A stretch of DNA of 64,000 nucleotides from Rhodothermales bacterium (GTDB lineage: Bacteria > Bacteroidota > Rhodothermia > Rhodothermales > Bin80): positions 17,995-81,994 of the forward strand of contig JANQES010000094.1 of assembly GCA_028278205.1 (NCBI GenBank). The letters are read 5' to 3'. The position numbers were made by a program, and so were the translations under genes. The notes beneath the pieces are model-generated. The model was not told the DNA's origin, ran no database searches, and saw only the letters and a program-made list of their open reading frames with translations. This document shows, piece after piece, positions 54,501 through 63,570 of the stretch (position 1 is its first letter; each line of letters starts with the position of its first letter).

Positions 54501-56969
54501 TCACTCCGGGCTCAGCATCAACCGCGATGACACCTCCGCCGCATCGAGCGCCTCCGGCGTGGCGGGCTTGAGCAGGTCGTAGTGGGTAAACTGCACGTAG
54601 GCCGGCACGTGCAGGTCGTAGAAGGCGCTGAACGGGTTGCCGCTCTGACCGCCCGGATAGACGCCGTAGCCCACCGGCGGCTGCTGCGAAAAATCGACCA
54701 CGACGCGCCAGCTTGCGCTATGCGTGGTGGGCCGCCCGCTCGCCGGCGAGAGCGTCGAGGCAAAACCCGGATATTCGAGCGGGCCGCGCCAGAGGGCCCG
54801 GAGCGCCGCCGTCTGCGTCAGATGGCGGATCTCTACTTTGTGATGATCGCCCCAGCGCCAGGCGGCGGTGTCCCAGCCGTAGCGAGCCTCCATCGTGTCG
54901 GCGGTGGCTTCGAGGACGAGGCGGAGCAGCCCGGCGGCGTCTTCGCGGCCTTCGGTGGCCTGCACGTCCAGCCAATCGGCGTCGGGGTCGTTGCGCAGGA
55001 GGATGTAGAGGGTCGTCTCGGAGGGCAGGCGCGCGTCGTCGAAGACCGGCTCGTCCCAGGTGAGGGCCTCCAAGATGTCGAGCAATTCATCGAGCACGAG
55101 CGGTTCGGGACGGTCGAGGGTAGTCTCGCCGGGCCAGGAGGCGAGCAGGCGGCGCAGCGTGTCGGCGTGGGCCGAGAGGCCGCCGAGGGTGTCGAGCAGC
55201 GGCACGAACAGGTCGCGCTGCACCGCGTGGACGTCGGCCTGATAGCGTTTGAGATCGTCGACGGAATGCTTCGGCTGGCCGCGCAAGAGCGTGTCGATGC
55301 GCAGCGACCGATAGGTCGAGCGCCAGTTGTGGCCGAGGTAGTGCGGATAGGTCGAATCGGCAGGCTGCTGGTTGGTCGAGGTGAGGAAACCCTGAGCCGG
55401 ATTGAGCGAATGCGGGAGTTCATCGAACGGCACACGGCCCGTCCATTCGAAAGCATCCGTCGAGCCGTCGAGCAGGCCGACGCCGTGGCCGGCTTTGCGC
55501 AGCGGCAGATAGCCCGTCGAGCGGATCGCAATGTTACCCTCAACATCCGCATAAACAATATTTTGTGCAGGCGCATCCCAGTATTCAAGCGCGGTCTTGA
55601 AGTCGTCGAGCGATCGGGCGTGGTTCATCCCCCAGAGCGCCAGCAGCGTATGGCTCTCCTCGTGCGCCACCCAGCGCGTCGCCACAGCCCCATCATCCCC
55701 CAAAACGACCGGCCCCCAGTGGGCATAATAGAGCGTGTCGATCACCGGCGGGCGGCCTTTGACGGGGATCGTGTCGAGGACCGCCTCCAGGTCGCGCCAG
55801 CCGTCTTCGAAGCGATAGCGGAGACCGCCCTCGTCGAGGTCGAGGGCGTAATGGTCGATGACGTCGGCGCCGGTGTTGGTGAAGGCCCAGCCGACGTGGT
55901 CGTTGAAGGCTTCGACGGGCAGCGGCGTGCCGGGCGCCATCACGCCGTACGTGTTCATCGTGGGCGTGACCAGATGCGCCTCGTACCAGATAGCCGGCAT
56001 CGTCAGGCGCAGGTGCATGTCGCCCGCCAGGATGGGCGCGCCCGTGGTCGAACGCGCGCCGCTGACGACCCAGTTGTTGGATCCTTTTCCGGGGATAAAC
56101 CCTTCGGCCACTGTGCCCATAAAACGCTCTTGCATCGCCGCCAGCCGCGCCATCGCCGCGCGTCCCGCCTCCGGCGCCTCTGCCATCGAAGGTTGCGCCG
56201 CCGCGCCGGGGGCGATGCCGCCGGGCTCCGGGATGATGGGCACCGAGAGCGCGTTGTGGCGCGGATAGAGTTGGGCATAGGCCGCCGCGCCGAGCCGTTC
56301 TTGCAACGTGCTGTAATCGGCGGCATCGGTGCGGAAGGTCAGGTCGTAGGCGAAGTACTGCATCAGCCGCGCGGCGTGCAGCGCCGAATAGCGTCCGGGC
56401 CGGTAGCCGAAGAGCCGAAATTCGAAAGGGAAATCCTCGTCGTCGAGCGCGTCGATGTAGGCGTTGGCGCCGGTGGCGAACCAGTGCGAGAGGTCCTTCT
56501 CAAGTCCCCCCTCCGCCTCTATTTTGGCGGCTATTTTTTGGGCGGCCCAGTCCATCCCCGTCCGTCGCAAGAACCGATCCGCCCCCAGCGAGGCCGGGCC
56601 GAAGACCTCGGCGAGGCGCCCGGAGGCTACGCGGGGAATAAAATCGAGTTGAAAGAGCCGGTCTTGCGCCACCACGTAGCCGAGGGCGATGACCACGTCG
56701 CGGTCGCTCTGAGCAAAGATATGGGGCACGCCCCGGACGTCGCGGGCCACCGTGACGGGGGCGTCGAGGGCGTCGAGGCGCAGAGTTTGTTCGGGAGGAT
56801 GCTCGGCCAAACGAGCGGTTCGGTAGAGCCCGTCGAGGGGGTCGAAGAGCACGCCCAGCGGCGCCAGACCGGCAAAAGATCCGTTCAACACAATCAGGAG
56901 AAGAATCGCCGCGCCCGCCCAGAGCCCAAGCGAAAAAAGCCGCTTGCCGGCGTGGAACGAGGGGGTCAT
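54501..56969 (-). CDS. Penicillin/AHL acylase family (Ntn hydrolase, S45)
   Basis: N-terminal TM/signal segment. Nucleophile context GKGSNNWVVSG. Typical length and a family-like pattern throughout. Confidence 0.85.
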   Translation of the reverse strand: MTPSFHAGKRLFSLGLWAGAAILLLIVLNGSFAGLAPLGVLFDPLDGLYRTARLAEHPPEQTLRLDALDAPVTVARDVRGVPHIFAQSDRDVVIALGYVVAQDRLFQLDFIPRVASGRLAEVFGPASLGADRFLRRTGMDWAAQKIAAKIEAEGGLEKDLSHWFATGANAYIDALDDEDFPFEFRLFGYRPGRYSALHAARLMQYFAYDLTFRTDAADYSTLQERLGAAAYAQLYPRHNALSVPIIPEPGGIAPGAAAQPSMAEAPEAGRAAMARLAAMQERFMGTVAEGFIPGKGSNNWVVSGARSTTGAPILAGDMHLRLTMPAIWYEAHLVTPTMNTYGVMAPGTPLPVEAFNDHVGWAFTNTGADVIDHYALDLDEGGLRYRFEDGWRDLEAVLDTIPVKGRPPVIDTLYYAHWGPVVLGDDGAVATRWVAHEESHTLLALWGMNHARSLDDFKTALEYWDAPAQNIVYADVEGNIAIRSTGYLPLRKAGHGVGLLDGSTDAFEWTGRVPFDELPHSLNPAQGFLTSTNQQPADSTYPHYLGHNWRSTYRSLRIDTLLRGQPKHSVDDLKRYQADVHAVQRDLFVPLLDTLGGLSAHADTLRRLLASWPGETTLDRPEPLVLDELLDILEALTWDEPVFDDARLPSETTLYILLRNDPDADWLDVQATEGREDAAGLLRLVLEATADTMEARYGWDTAAWRWGDHHKVEIRHLTQTAALRALWRGPLEYPGFASTLSPASGRPTTHSASWRVVVDFSQQPPVGYGVYPGGQSGNPFSAFYDLHVPAYVQFTHYDLLKPATPEALDAAEVSSRLMLSPE

Positions 56970-57799
56970 GGCTGCATCGGTTGGATCGAAGACCGTTCGG
57001 GGGCTACGCCGTCGGTGGAGGCTGTCTGCGGCGGCTTCTGATTGGCGATGCCGAGCACGCGAATCAACTCGTCGGTGGCGTTGGCATAATCGCGGGCGCC
57101 GCGCGAATACGGGTTGTTTTCGAAGACTGTCGTGCCGTCGGAATAGGACGTGGCGAGCGCAGCGCTGGTACGAATCACATTTTTTATGACCCGGTCGCTA
57201 TAACGTTTTCGCAAATACTGCCGATACCTGTGGTGCGCGCGCTTGCGGGCGTCTACCTGCGTGAACAAAAAAAGCGGTAGATCAAGCTCCGGATTGAGTC
57301 TGGTACGCACCATCGAAGCTGTTTTATAAGTCTGCTCGGCGCCGACGATGGGCTGGTATTCAGGCGTCACTGGAATGATCACATACCGGGCAGCCACGAG
57401 GGCATTGAGGCTGTAGACGGTGATCGCGGCGGCGGTATCCAACAGGACCACGTCGTAGCTATCAGCGTTTTCGAGGACCTCTTTGACCCACAGCACGTCG
57501 GTCGGTTTATTGAGCCGCCGCATTTGCTTGGTCAACACGCTCGACGCCGGGATGACATCGAAGCCGTGCAACTGCACCGCATCGATGTCACCAAGGGCGA
57601 CTTCGTGTTGAAAGAGGGCTAACGACGAGGCGGTTTCGGGGGGTTCTGCAATCCCCAACGTCCGCGTCAGGAAGCTCTGGGGGTCGAGGTCGATGACCAG
57701 GACCCGATAGCCGCTCAGACCAAGCGCTGCTGCCAGGTGAATCGCTGAAGTTGTTTTACCAGTACCGCCTTTGTGGTTACAAAGCGCGAGGACAGTCAT
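56966..57799 (-). CDS. ParA/MinD-family ATPase (orphan)
   Basis: MTVLALCNHKGGTGKTTSAIHLA (deviant Walker A), VLVIDLDPQ, VLLDTAA. Only the last 277 codons of the 546-aa ORF are used. The TGA overlaps the acylase ATG. Confidence 0.85.
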   Translation of the reverse strand: MTVLALCNHKGGTGKTTSAIHLAAALGLSGYRVLVIDLDPQSFLTRTLGIAEPPETASSLALFQHEVALGDIDAVQLHGFDVIPASSVLTKQMRRLNKPTDVLWVKEVLENADSYDVVLLDTAAAITVYSLNALVAARYVIIPVTPEYQPIVGAEQTYKTASMVRTRLNPELDLPLFLFTQVDARKRAHHRYRQYLRKRYSDRVIKNVIRTSAALATSYSDGTTVFENNPYSRGARDYANATDELIRVLGIANQKPPQTASTDGVAPERSSIQPMQP

Positions 57800-57865
57800 A
57801 GACCTTATCGACGGTGGGACGTACGGCGACGGGTCCAAGTTAGGTTGTGAATCAGCCGGTGTCAA

Positions 57866-59500
57866 ATGAAAGCGAAGCTCATCACTCGCAAACGCGTACC
57901 GAGCAGGGAAGCGAAACATCAGATCTTCATTTCTTCCATGCTGGTCTTGCTGGGCGGCCTGGGTCTGGGGCTGAGCCACATTCCGCTGCCGCTCTGGGTG
58001 CTGGCCTGGATCGCGCTGGCCCCGCTGCTCATGCTCTGGGATCGCACCGAATCGCTCAGCCCCAAGTCGCTCATTCAATTTGCGGCTGAGATTTACACGG
58101 CCTTCCTGATCGCCTACGCCGTGGCGTTTTTCTGGCCGTTGTTGCACACGTTTTCGAAGCTCCACATGCTCAGCAGAACGACGGTGCTTTCGTTCGGGAG
58201 CCTGCTGCTGGTGCCGGCCATCTTCACGATCCCGTTTGTGGCGTCGCTGCCCTACCGCCGGCTTCGGGGCCGCTGGTTCGGCTTCGCGGTGCTGGTCCTG
58301 TTTTACCTGGCCATCGAATTGCTCTTTACCTTCACCGGCTTTCCGTGGCCGATGTTGGGGCATTCGCAGAGCGGTGTGGCGCCGCTGATCCAGTTTGCCG
58401 AAGTCACCGGGGTTTCGGGTATTTCGCTGTGGGTCTTGCTGCTTAACGGCCTGGCCTTCGGCTATTTCATCGCGGCCCGCCGCAAACAACGCGTCAAAGT
58501 GGCCCTCGCCGCGGTGGTGATGCTGACAGCCACGCTGGGCTTCGGCCTCTGGCGCGGGGGGCAAGTGAGCGATACCAACGAGTACGTCACCGTGGGCCTG
58601 GTGCAACCGGCGATGGATGAAAACACGTGGACCGAACGCTTCGGCGCCTCACGCGTGGGGCGCCTGATTGCGCTGTCCGACTCGCTCATCGATGCCATGA
58701 ACGCGCCGCCGATCTTCATGATCTGGCCCGAAATGGCGATCCCGGCGCCGGCCACGACCTCCCGGCATCAATTCGTCCAGGAGCAGTTGCAGGCCTGGAC
58801 CGACCGCCGCGAGGTAGCCTTGCTCAGCGGCGCGCTCGTGCCAGCACAGATGATGGGCCGCCCGTCCCGGTTCTATAACCGGGCGTTGCTCTACCGGCCC
58901 TATTCCGCGCCGCTGCACTACGACCAGGTGCATGCGCTGCCCTACAAGCCGCACGTCCCGATTTCCACGCAATCGCCCTGGTTTCCGCCGGCCAAACATT
59001 CGAGCTTCCTGATGGGCGCGGCGCAAGGCACCCTGCTCTTCGACGATATCCGCATCGGGGTGCTGCTGGGCTTCGAAGTGTTGCTGGGCGAGTATGCCCG
59101 GGGCTATCCCCGCCAGCAGGCCGACTTCCTGGCCGTGCTGACGCAAGACGGATGGTGGGGCGACACGCCGGGCTACCGGCAACATCTCAATTACTTACGC
59201 CTGCGCTCTATCGAGACGCGGCGGAGCATCGTGCAGGTCGCTGCGTCGGGCAGCACAGCCCTCCTGGCGCCGGACGGCTCGGTGATCTTTCGCGCCGACT
59301 CTCGCCAATCGACCGCGCGCCTGGCGGCGGTGCCCATCCAAAAAGGCCTGACGATCTACGCCCGCTTCGGCAACTGGCTGGGCCTCACCGCGCTGATCCT
59401 CTCGGTCGTGCTCGTGCTCTGGAGCTTCCTCGTCACCGGCTGGCGCTCGTGGCAATCGCTCGACAGCACCGGCCACCACGTCGAAGCGCTGCCGGGATGA
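57866..59500 (+). CDS. lnt: Apolipoprotein N-acyltransferase
   Basis: N-terminal multi-TM region, then a CN-hydrolase domain (VGLVQP, IWPEMA, GVLLGFEVL). Confidence 0.8.
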   Translation: MKAKLITRKRVPSREAKHQIFISSMLVLLGGLGLGLSHIPLPLWVLAWIALAPLLMLWDRTESLSPKSLIQFAAEIYTAFLIAYAVAFFWPLLHTFSKLHMLSRTTVLSFGSLLLVPAIFTIPFVASLPYRRLRGRWFGFAVLVLFYLAIELLFTFTGFPWPMLGHSQSGVAPLIQFAEVTGVSGISLWVLLLNGLAFGYFIAARRKQRVKVALAAVVMLTATLGFGLWRGGQVSDTNEYVTVGLVQPAMDENTWTERFGASRVGRLIALSDSLIDAMNAPPIFMIWPEMAIPAPATTSRHQFVQEQLQAWTDRREVALLSGALVPAQMMGRPSRFYNRALLYRPYSAPLHYDQVHALPYKPHVPISTQSPWFPPAKHSSFLMGAAQGTLLFDDIRIGVLLGFEVLLGEYARGYPRQQADFLAVLTQDGWWGDTPGYRQHLNYLRLRSIETRRSIVQVAASGSTALLAPDGSVIFRADSRQSTARLAAVPIQKGLTIYARFGNWLGLTALILSVVLVLWSFLVTGWRSWQSLDSTGHHVEALPG

Positions 59501-59554
59501 TTTTTTTGAGCCGGAGAGTCGGGGAGTCGGAGAATCGGGGATTTTTTCTCCGAC
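59501..59554. repeat. Word-repeat arm (GAGTCGG/GAGCCGG words), left partner
   Basis: tttttttgagccggagagtcggggagtcggagaatcgggga is the inverse of 60317-60356. Also forms a local 9-bp hairpin gtcggagaa/ttctccgac. Confidence 0.8.
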
Positions 59555-59587
59555 CACCTCGCTCTTCAACTTCCAGCTTCTTTCGAA

Positions 59588-60244
59588 ATGGAAGAGTACT
59601 ACAAGATACTGGGAGTTCCGATAGACGCAGAGTTGCATCAAGTAAAAAATGCGTACAGAGATTTAGCCAAGGTATGGCATCCTGACCGATTTGAAAACGA
59701 CCCGCGATTAAAAGAGAAAGCAACGGAAAAGTTAAAGGAGATTAACAAAGCTTACAAAGAAATTCGTGCGCATGTATCTGCAAATACTAAAGTTATATCA
59801 GAAATTCAATGCTCAGAGAGTGAGGTTCGAAAAAGCCCCGATCCAACTACTTTCAGGACAGGACAAAAAAGAGCATATGGGCGCTATAATAGAGAACGGG
59901 TATTTTGGCGTAACCCAGAACCTACACTGGAAGAGTATGGCCTCACAGAAGAAGAATATTTTGAGTACAAACGGCGGTTTGATTTTGAATTATTGAGAGT
60001 CTTTATGCCAGGGTCAGCGTTTTTGGGAACCCTATGGCTTTATCCGACAACACCTGACGGCGGATTGATCGCTTTTCTCATTACTGTAGGGTGGGCTATA
60101 GGTCTCGCAGTCATTGTGTACATCCCACTGAAAATATTAGATGTCAAGCTCGCAGAGCGCTACCCACAACATGAAAGAGTTCGAAAATATGAAAGGGCTA
60201 GAAAAGAGTATTTTGACATCTATTCTCTGATTCGGAAAATTTAA
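59588..60244 (+). CDS. J-domain (DnaJ-like) membrane protein, low-GC gene
   Basis: YYKILGV...AYRDLAKVWHPDRF (HPD motif). C-terminal TM pair FLGTLWLY...LIAFLITVGWAIGLAVIVYIPL. Visibly AT-richer than its neighbours. Confidence 0.8.
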   Translation: MEEYYKILGVPIDAELHQVKNAYRDLAKVWHPDRFENDPRLKEKATEKLKEINKAYKEIRAHVSANTKVISEIQCSESEVRKSPDPTTFRTGQKRAYGRYNRERVFWRNPEPTLEEYGLTEEEYFEYKRRFDFELLRVFMPGSAFLGTLWLYPTTPDGGLIAFLITVGWAIGLAVIVYIPLKILDVKLAERYPQHERVRKYERARKEYFDIYSLIRKI

Positions 60245-60277
60245 CGTTCGTTACTTTGACCAACTCACATTTTAGAT

Positions 60278-60356
60278 CCTCGACTCCCCACGCCTCCGAT
60301 TCTCCATCCCTTCCCCTCCCCGACTCTCCGGCTCTCCGGCTCTCCGACTCAAAAAA
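60278..60356. repeat. Word-repeat arm (CCGACTC/CCGGCTC words), right partner
   Basis: cctcgactccccacgcctccgattctcc ... tccccgactctccggctctccggctctccgactcaaaaaa. Confidence 0.8.
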
Positions 60357-60440
60357 TCTTAACGCCCCCGCCCGAAACCGAGACGCCGGTGCGTGGTTCT
60401 GCCTACTTTGCGACAACGCCACACAGCAGACCCCGCCGGC

Positions 60441-61034
60441 ATGAACCTTCAGACCGACTTGATCCTGGCTTCCCAGTCGCCGCGCCGGCGGATGCTCCTC
60501 GGGCAGATCGGGCTGGCTTTTCGGGTCGAACCCAGTCCGTTCGAAGAAGTCATTCCGGACGAAGGCCATCCCGCCGACATCGTGAAACATCTGTCGCTGG
60601 AAAAAGCCGCTCCCGTCAGCGAACGCTTTCCCTCGGCCTTGACGCTGGCCGCCGACACCATCGTCGTGCATGAAGGCACGGTGCTGGGCAAGCCCGTCGA
60701 TGAGGCCGACGCCCGCGCCATGCTCCGGCGGCTCAGCGGCGTCAGCCACACCGTCTTCACCGGCCTGGCCCTGCTCCACGCCGACACCAACCGCCGCATC
60801 ACCGCCTGCGAAGCCACCCGCGTCACCTTCGACACGCTCACCGACGAAGAAATCGACACCTACGTCGCCTCGGGCGCGCCGATGGATAAAGCCGGGGCCT
60901 ACGGCATCCAGGGCGACCTCGGCGCCGTCTTCGTAGCCCGGATCGAAGGGGATTTCTATACGGTGATGGGCCTGCCGCTTCACCGGCTCTATCGCCTGCT
61001 GCGTGAGCATTTCTCAGACTTACTTTCGCTTTGA
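60441..61034 (+). CDS. maf: Maf-like nucleotide pyrophosphatase
   Basis: LILASQSPRRRMLL, ADTIV, DKAGAYGIQG. ATG at 60441. Confidence 0.9.
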   Translation: MNLQTDLILASQSPRRRMLLGQIGLAFRVEPSPFEEVIPDEGHPADIVKHLSLEKAAPVSERFPSALTLAADTIVVHEGTVLGKPVDEADARAMLRRLSGVSHTVFTGLALLHADTNRRITACEATRVTFDTLTDEEIDTYVASGAPMDKAGAYGIQGDLGAVFVARIEGDFYTVMGLPLHRLYRLLREHFSDLLSL

Positions 61035-61055
61035 GCGACCTCCGACGGCAAGACC

Positions 61056-61823
61056 ATGCAGTCTCCCTCCAAAAAACCGCTCTCCGAGATCCGCGTGCTC
61101 CTGATACAGGCACGCAACACGCTGACGATGGAACAGCAGGAACAGCAATGTTTCGTCGAACGCTGCCGGATCCGGCTGAACCAGTTCGTCCCGGTCAACC
61201 TCACCCACACAGCCCTCTCGCTCGACACACTCGACGACATCGATGCGATGATGATCGGGGGATCGGGCGAATATTCGGCGCGCAAGGACTATCCGTGGAT
61301 GCAAGACCTGCTCGATCTCTGCCGCGCCGCCTACGACCGCCAACTGCCCGTCTTCGGGTCGTGCTGGGGCCATCAGGTGCTCGCCCGCGCCTTCGGCGGC
61401 ACGGTGATCAACGACAGCGAACGCGCCGAATTCGGCTGCGGCGACATCGAACTGACGCAGGCCGGGCAGGAAGATTTGCTCTTGTGTGATTTCCCCATCC
61501 GCTTCAAAGCCAACCTGGGCCACCACGACCGCGTGACCGTCTTGCCGCCGGGCGCTGTCGAGCTGGCCTTCAACGAATCGCAACGCAACCAGGCTTTTCG
61601 CATCGGCGAGACGATCTACGGCACCCAGTTCCACAGCGAACTCGACGCCCGCCGCGAACGCGAACGCCTCGAAGCCTACTGGCATCTCTACGAAAAAGAA
61701 CTCGGCAGCGACGAAGCCTTCCAACGCGTCCTCGACAGCCTCGCCGACACCACCGACGCCGACCACCTGCTCTACGACTTCCTCGTCAAACTCGTCGCCA
61801 ACGACATCGGTGCGGCGGTGTGA
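61056..61823 (+). CDS. Class I glutamine amidotransferase-like protein
   Basis: FGSCWGHQVLA (nucleophile elbow) and YGTQFHSE (His/Glu). Confidence 0.8.
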   Translation: MQSPSKKPLSEIRVLLIQARNTLTMEQQEQQCFVERCRIRLNQFVPVNLTHTALSLDTLDDIDAMMIGGSGEYSARKDYPWMQDLLDLCRAAYDRQLPVFGSCWGHQVLARAFGGTVINDSERAEFGCGDIELTQAGQEDLLLCDFPIRFKANLGHHDRVTVLPPGAVELAFNESQRNQAFRIGETIYGTQFHSELDARRERERLEAYWHLYEKELGSDEAFQRVLDSLADTTDADHLLYDFLVKLVANDIGAAV

Positions 61824-61893
61824 TCAGGCACAGCTTCACAAGAATCGATTGCTTTTCACTGAGGGTGTCGCGTTTGCGCCGAAACGGTGCGTT

Positions 61894-61961
61894 GAAGGGC
61901 GAAAGGCGACGAGTGAGGGGCGAAAGGAAAATCGTTCTTCGCCCCTCACTCTTCGCCCTTC
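61894..61961. repeat. Intergenic word-hairpin (GGGCGAAAGG words)
   Basis: gaagggcgaaaggcgacgagtgaggggcgaaagg faces cttcgcccctcactcttcgcccttc. Confidence 0.8.
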
Positions 61962-62163
61962 AAATGCACCGTAATCCAGAGATGTATAGCCTTGAGATCC
62001 AGGGAGACGTCGCCAGAGCCTTGTGGGAGTAATCACTACTTCATCATCAGCCTTTTCCCCGCACGTCCTCTGGGAACTACCATGTCATCACGTCTGCTCT
62101 GGTTTACCCAGAATGACCTTTGAAGCCATATCTGGAGTGCGATCATCCGTGGAGGGAAAAACC

Positions 62164-62556
62164 ATGATGGTACAATTTAATTGCCCGCGCTGTAGCGAAC
62201 CCAACCATTTCATCGACGAAGCGGCGCAGGCCGGCGCGCGCGAAGTGACCTGCGACGTGTGCGCGGCCACGCTGGCCGTTACCTACACCTCCACCGGCGA
62301 CATCGAGGGCATCTCGGTCGAAGCCACCGAACCGGGCAGGCAGGAATGCCCGGTCTGCATGGAAACGCTGACCTTCGACATCGCCACGAAAGACGGCGAG
62401 GTGGACCTCAAGTGCCCGGCCTGCGGCGAAACCATCGGCGTGTACTGGTCGGACTGGGGCTTTTACGTCCACCTCGATTTCTTCACCCACGAGGGTCTGA
62501 TTATTGAAAATGATGACATCGACGAACCCCGCGACGTTGTCAATCAGACACCTTGA
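62164..62556 (+). CDS. Hypothetical protein with duplicated zinc-ribbon (4 CxxC pairs)
   Basis: GGAGGG lies 7 nt before the ATG at 62164. CPRC..CDVC and CPVC..CPAC form two similar halves. Confidence 0.45.
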   Translation: MMVQFNCPRCSEPNHFIDEAAQAGAREVTCDVCAATLAVTYTSTGDIEGISVEATEPGRQECPVCMETLTFDIATKDGEVDLKCPACGETIGVYWSDWGFYVHLDFFTHEGLIIENDDIDEPRDVVNQTP

Positions 62557-62680
62557 CCTTACCTCAGGCCGAGGGGCGCTCTTTTTCTACCGGAAACGGC
62601 GTTGCAATAGAGGCCGAAATGTCGGACCTTAGCCCACACGACTCCGTTCCCATGAACCCCAATCCTTCTTTGAGACAACC

Positions 62681-63001
62681 ATGGCAAACTGGTCCGTCAA
62701 ATTTGTCGATTTCTCGCTCGGCACCACCTACACTGCCCAACTCACCATGACCGATCACGGCAACGGCACCGCCTCCGGAGAACTAAGCGACCTGACGGGT
62801 CCGGTGCCCGCTGCCATGATTGATTTGAGCGGATCGGTCACCGGCGGCACGTTCGTCCTCGGCGGCAGCGACGAAGCCCTCAACGTCGATATCGACGTAA
62901 CCTTTAAGCCGTTTGTGGACGGTTTCGTTGGCAGTGCCCGCCTCGAAGAGCGCACCTCCGGCAATGTCACCAATCTTTACCTGTTGACGGAACAGGGCTG
63001 A
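62681..63001 (+). CDS. Hypothetical protein
   Basis: 106-aa ORF with a beta-rich sequence and no recognisable motif. Confidence 0.35.
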   Translation: MANWSVKFVDFSLGTTYTAQLTMTDHGNGTASGELSDLTGPVPAAMIDLSGSVTGGTFVLGGSDEALNVDIDVTFKPFVDGFVGSARLEERTSGNVTNLYLLTEQG

Positions 63002-63007
63002 TAAAAG

Positions 63008-63074
63008 GGTGCAAATGGACAAATGAGCATTCAAGCCTTTATTTGCCATTTGCCCCATTTGCCCTTTGCCATTT
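63008..63074. repeat. Intergenic word-hairpin (CATTTGCC words)
   Basis: ggtgcaaatggacaaatgagc faces atttgccatttgccccatttgccctttgccattt. Confidence 0.7.
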
Positions 63075-63078
63075 TTCC

Positions 63079-63444
63079 TCAACGCCGGGTGCGATAGACG
63101 GCCTCGGCGCTGTCGCTCGTGCCGCCGACGGGCGGATTCGGCTTACGCACTGTCACTTCGATGGCCTCTACGAAGTCGTAGACTTCCAACACCCTCCGCG
63201 CAATCAAATAAGCCAGCCGCTCGATCAGATAAAAGCGGTTGCTGGTGACGAGTTCTTGCACCAGCCGATAGACCAGTTCGTAATCGACGGTCTTGGTCAA
63301 ATCGTCTTCGCGAGCGGCTTCTTCGAAGTCGAGGTCCATCGCCACATCCACCTCATACCGCCCGCCGAGGCGATGCTCTTCTTTCATCACGCCGTGATGG
63401 GCGTAAAAGACCGCATTGACCAGTCGTACGGTGCTCAGGGGCAT
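63079..63444 (-). CDS. folB: Dihydroneopterin aldolase
   Basis: FYAHHGVMKEEHRLGGRYEVDV, TVDYELVY, LIERLA. ATG at 63444. Confidence 0.85.
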   Translation of the reverse strand: MPLSTVRLVNAVFYAHHGVMKEEHRLGGRYEVDVAMDLDFEEAAREDDLTKTVDYELVYRLVQELVTSNRFYLIERLAYLIARRVLEVYDFVEAIEVTVRKPNPPVGGTSDSAEAVYRTRR

Positions 63445-63506
63445 GGCGGGGGTTTCGAGATTGAGCGTGAAAGGATTCCTGAAGGTAGTGCCGGATGTTG
63501 AAAGAG

Positions 63507-63570
63507 TCATTGGTCATTAGTCACTGGTGTCTCACTAAACCAGTGACCAGTGACCAATGACCAGTGACCC
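63507..63570. repeat. Intergenic word-hairpin (CACTGGTCA words), second member
   Basis: gtcattggtcattagtcactggtg faces aaccagtgaccagtgaccaatgaccagtgaccc. Confidence 0.8.

Noticed and set aside
57800-58606. N-terminal 269 codons of the 546-aa ORF 56966-58606, upstream of the ParA domain.
   Set aside because: This part is His/Arg/Gln/Pro-rich low complexity and overlaps the well-supported lnt gene on the opposite strand. ParA begins at the ATG at 57799 with the canonical N-terminal Walker A.
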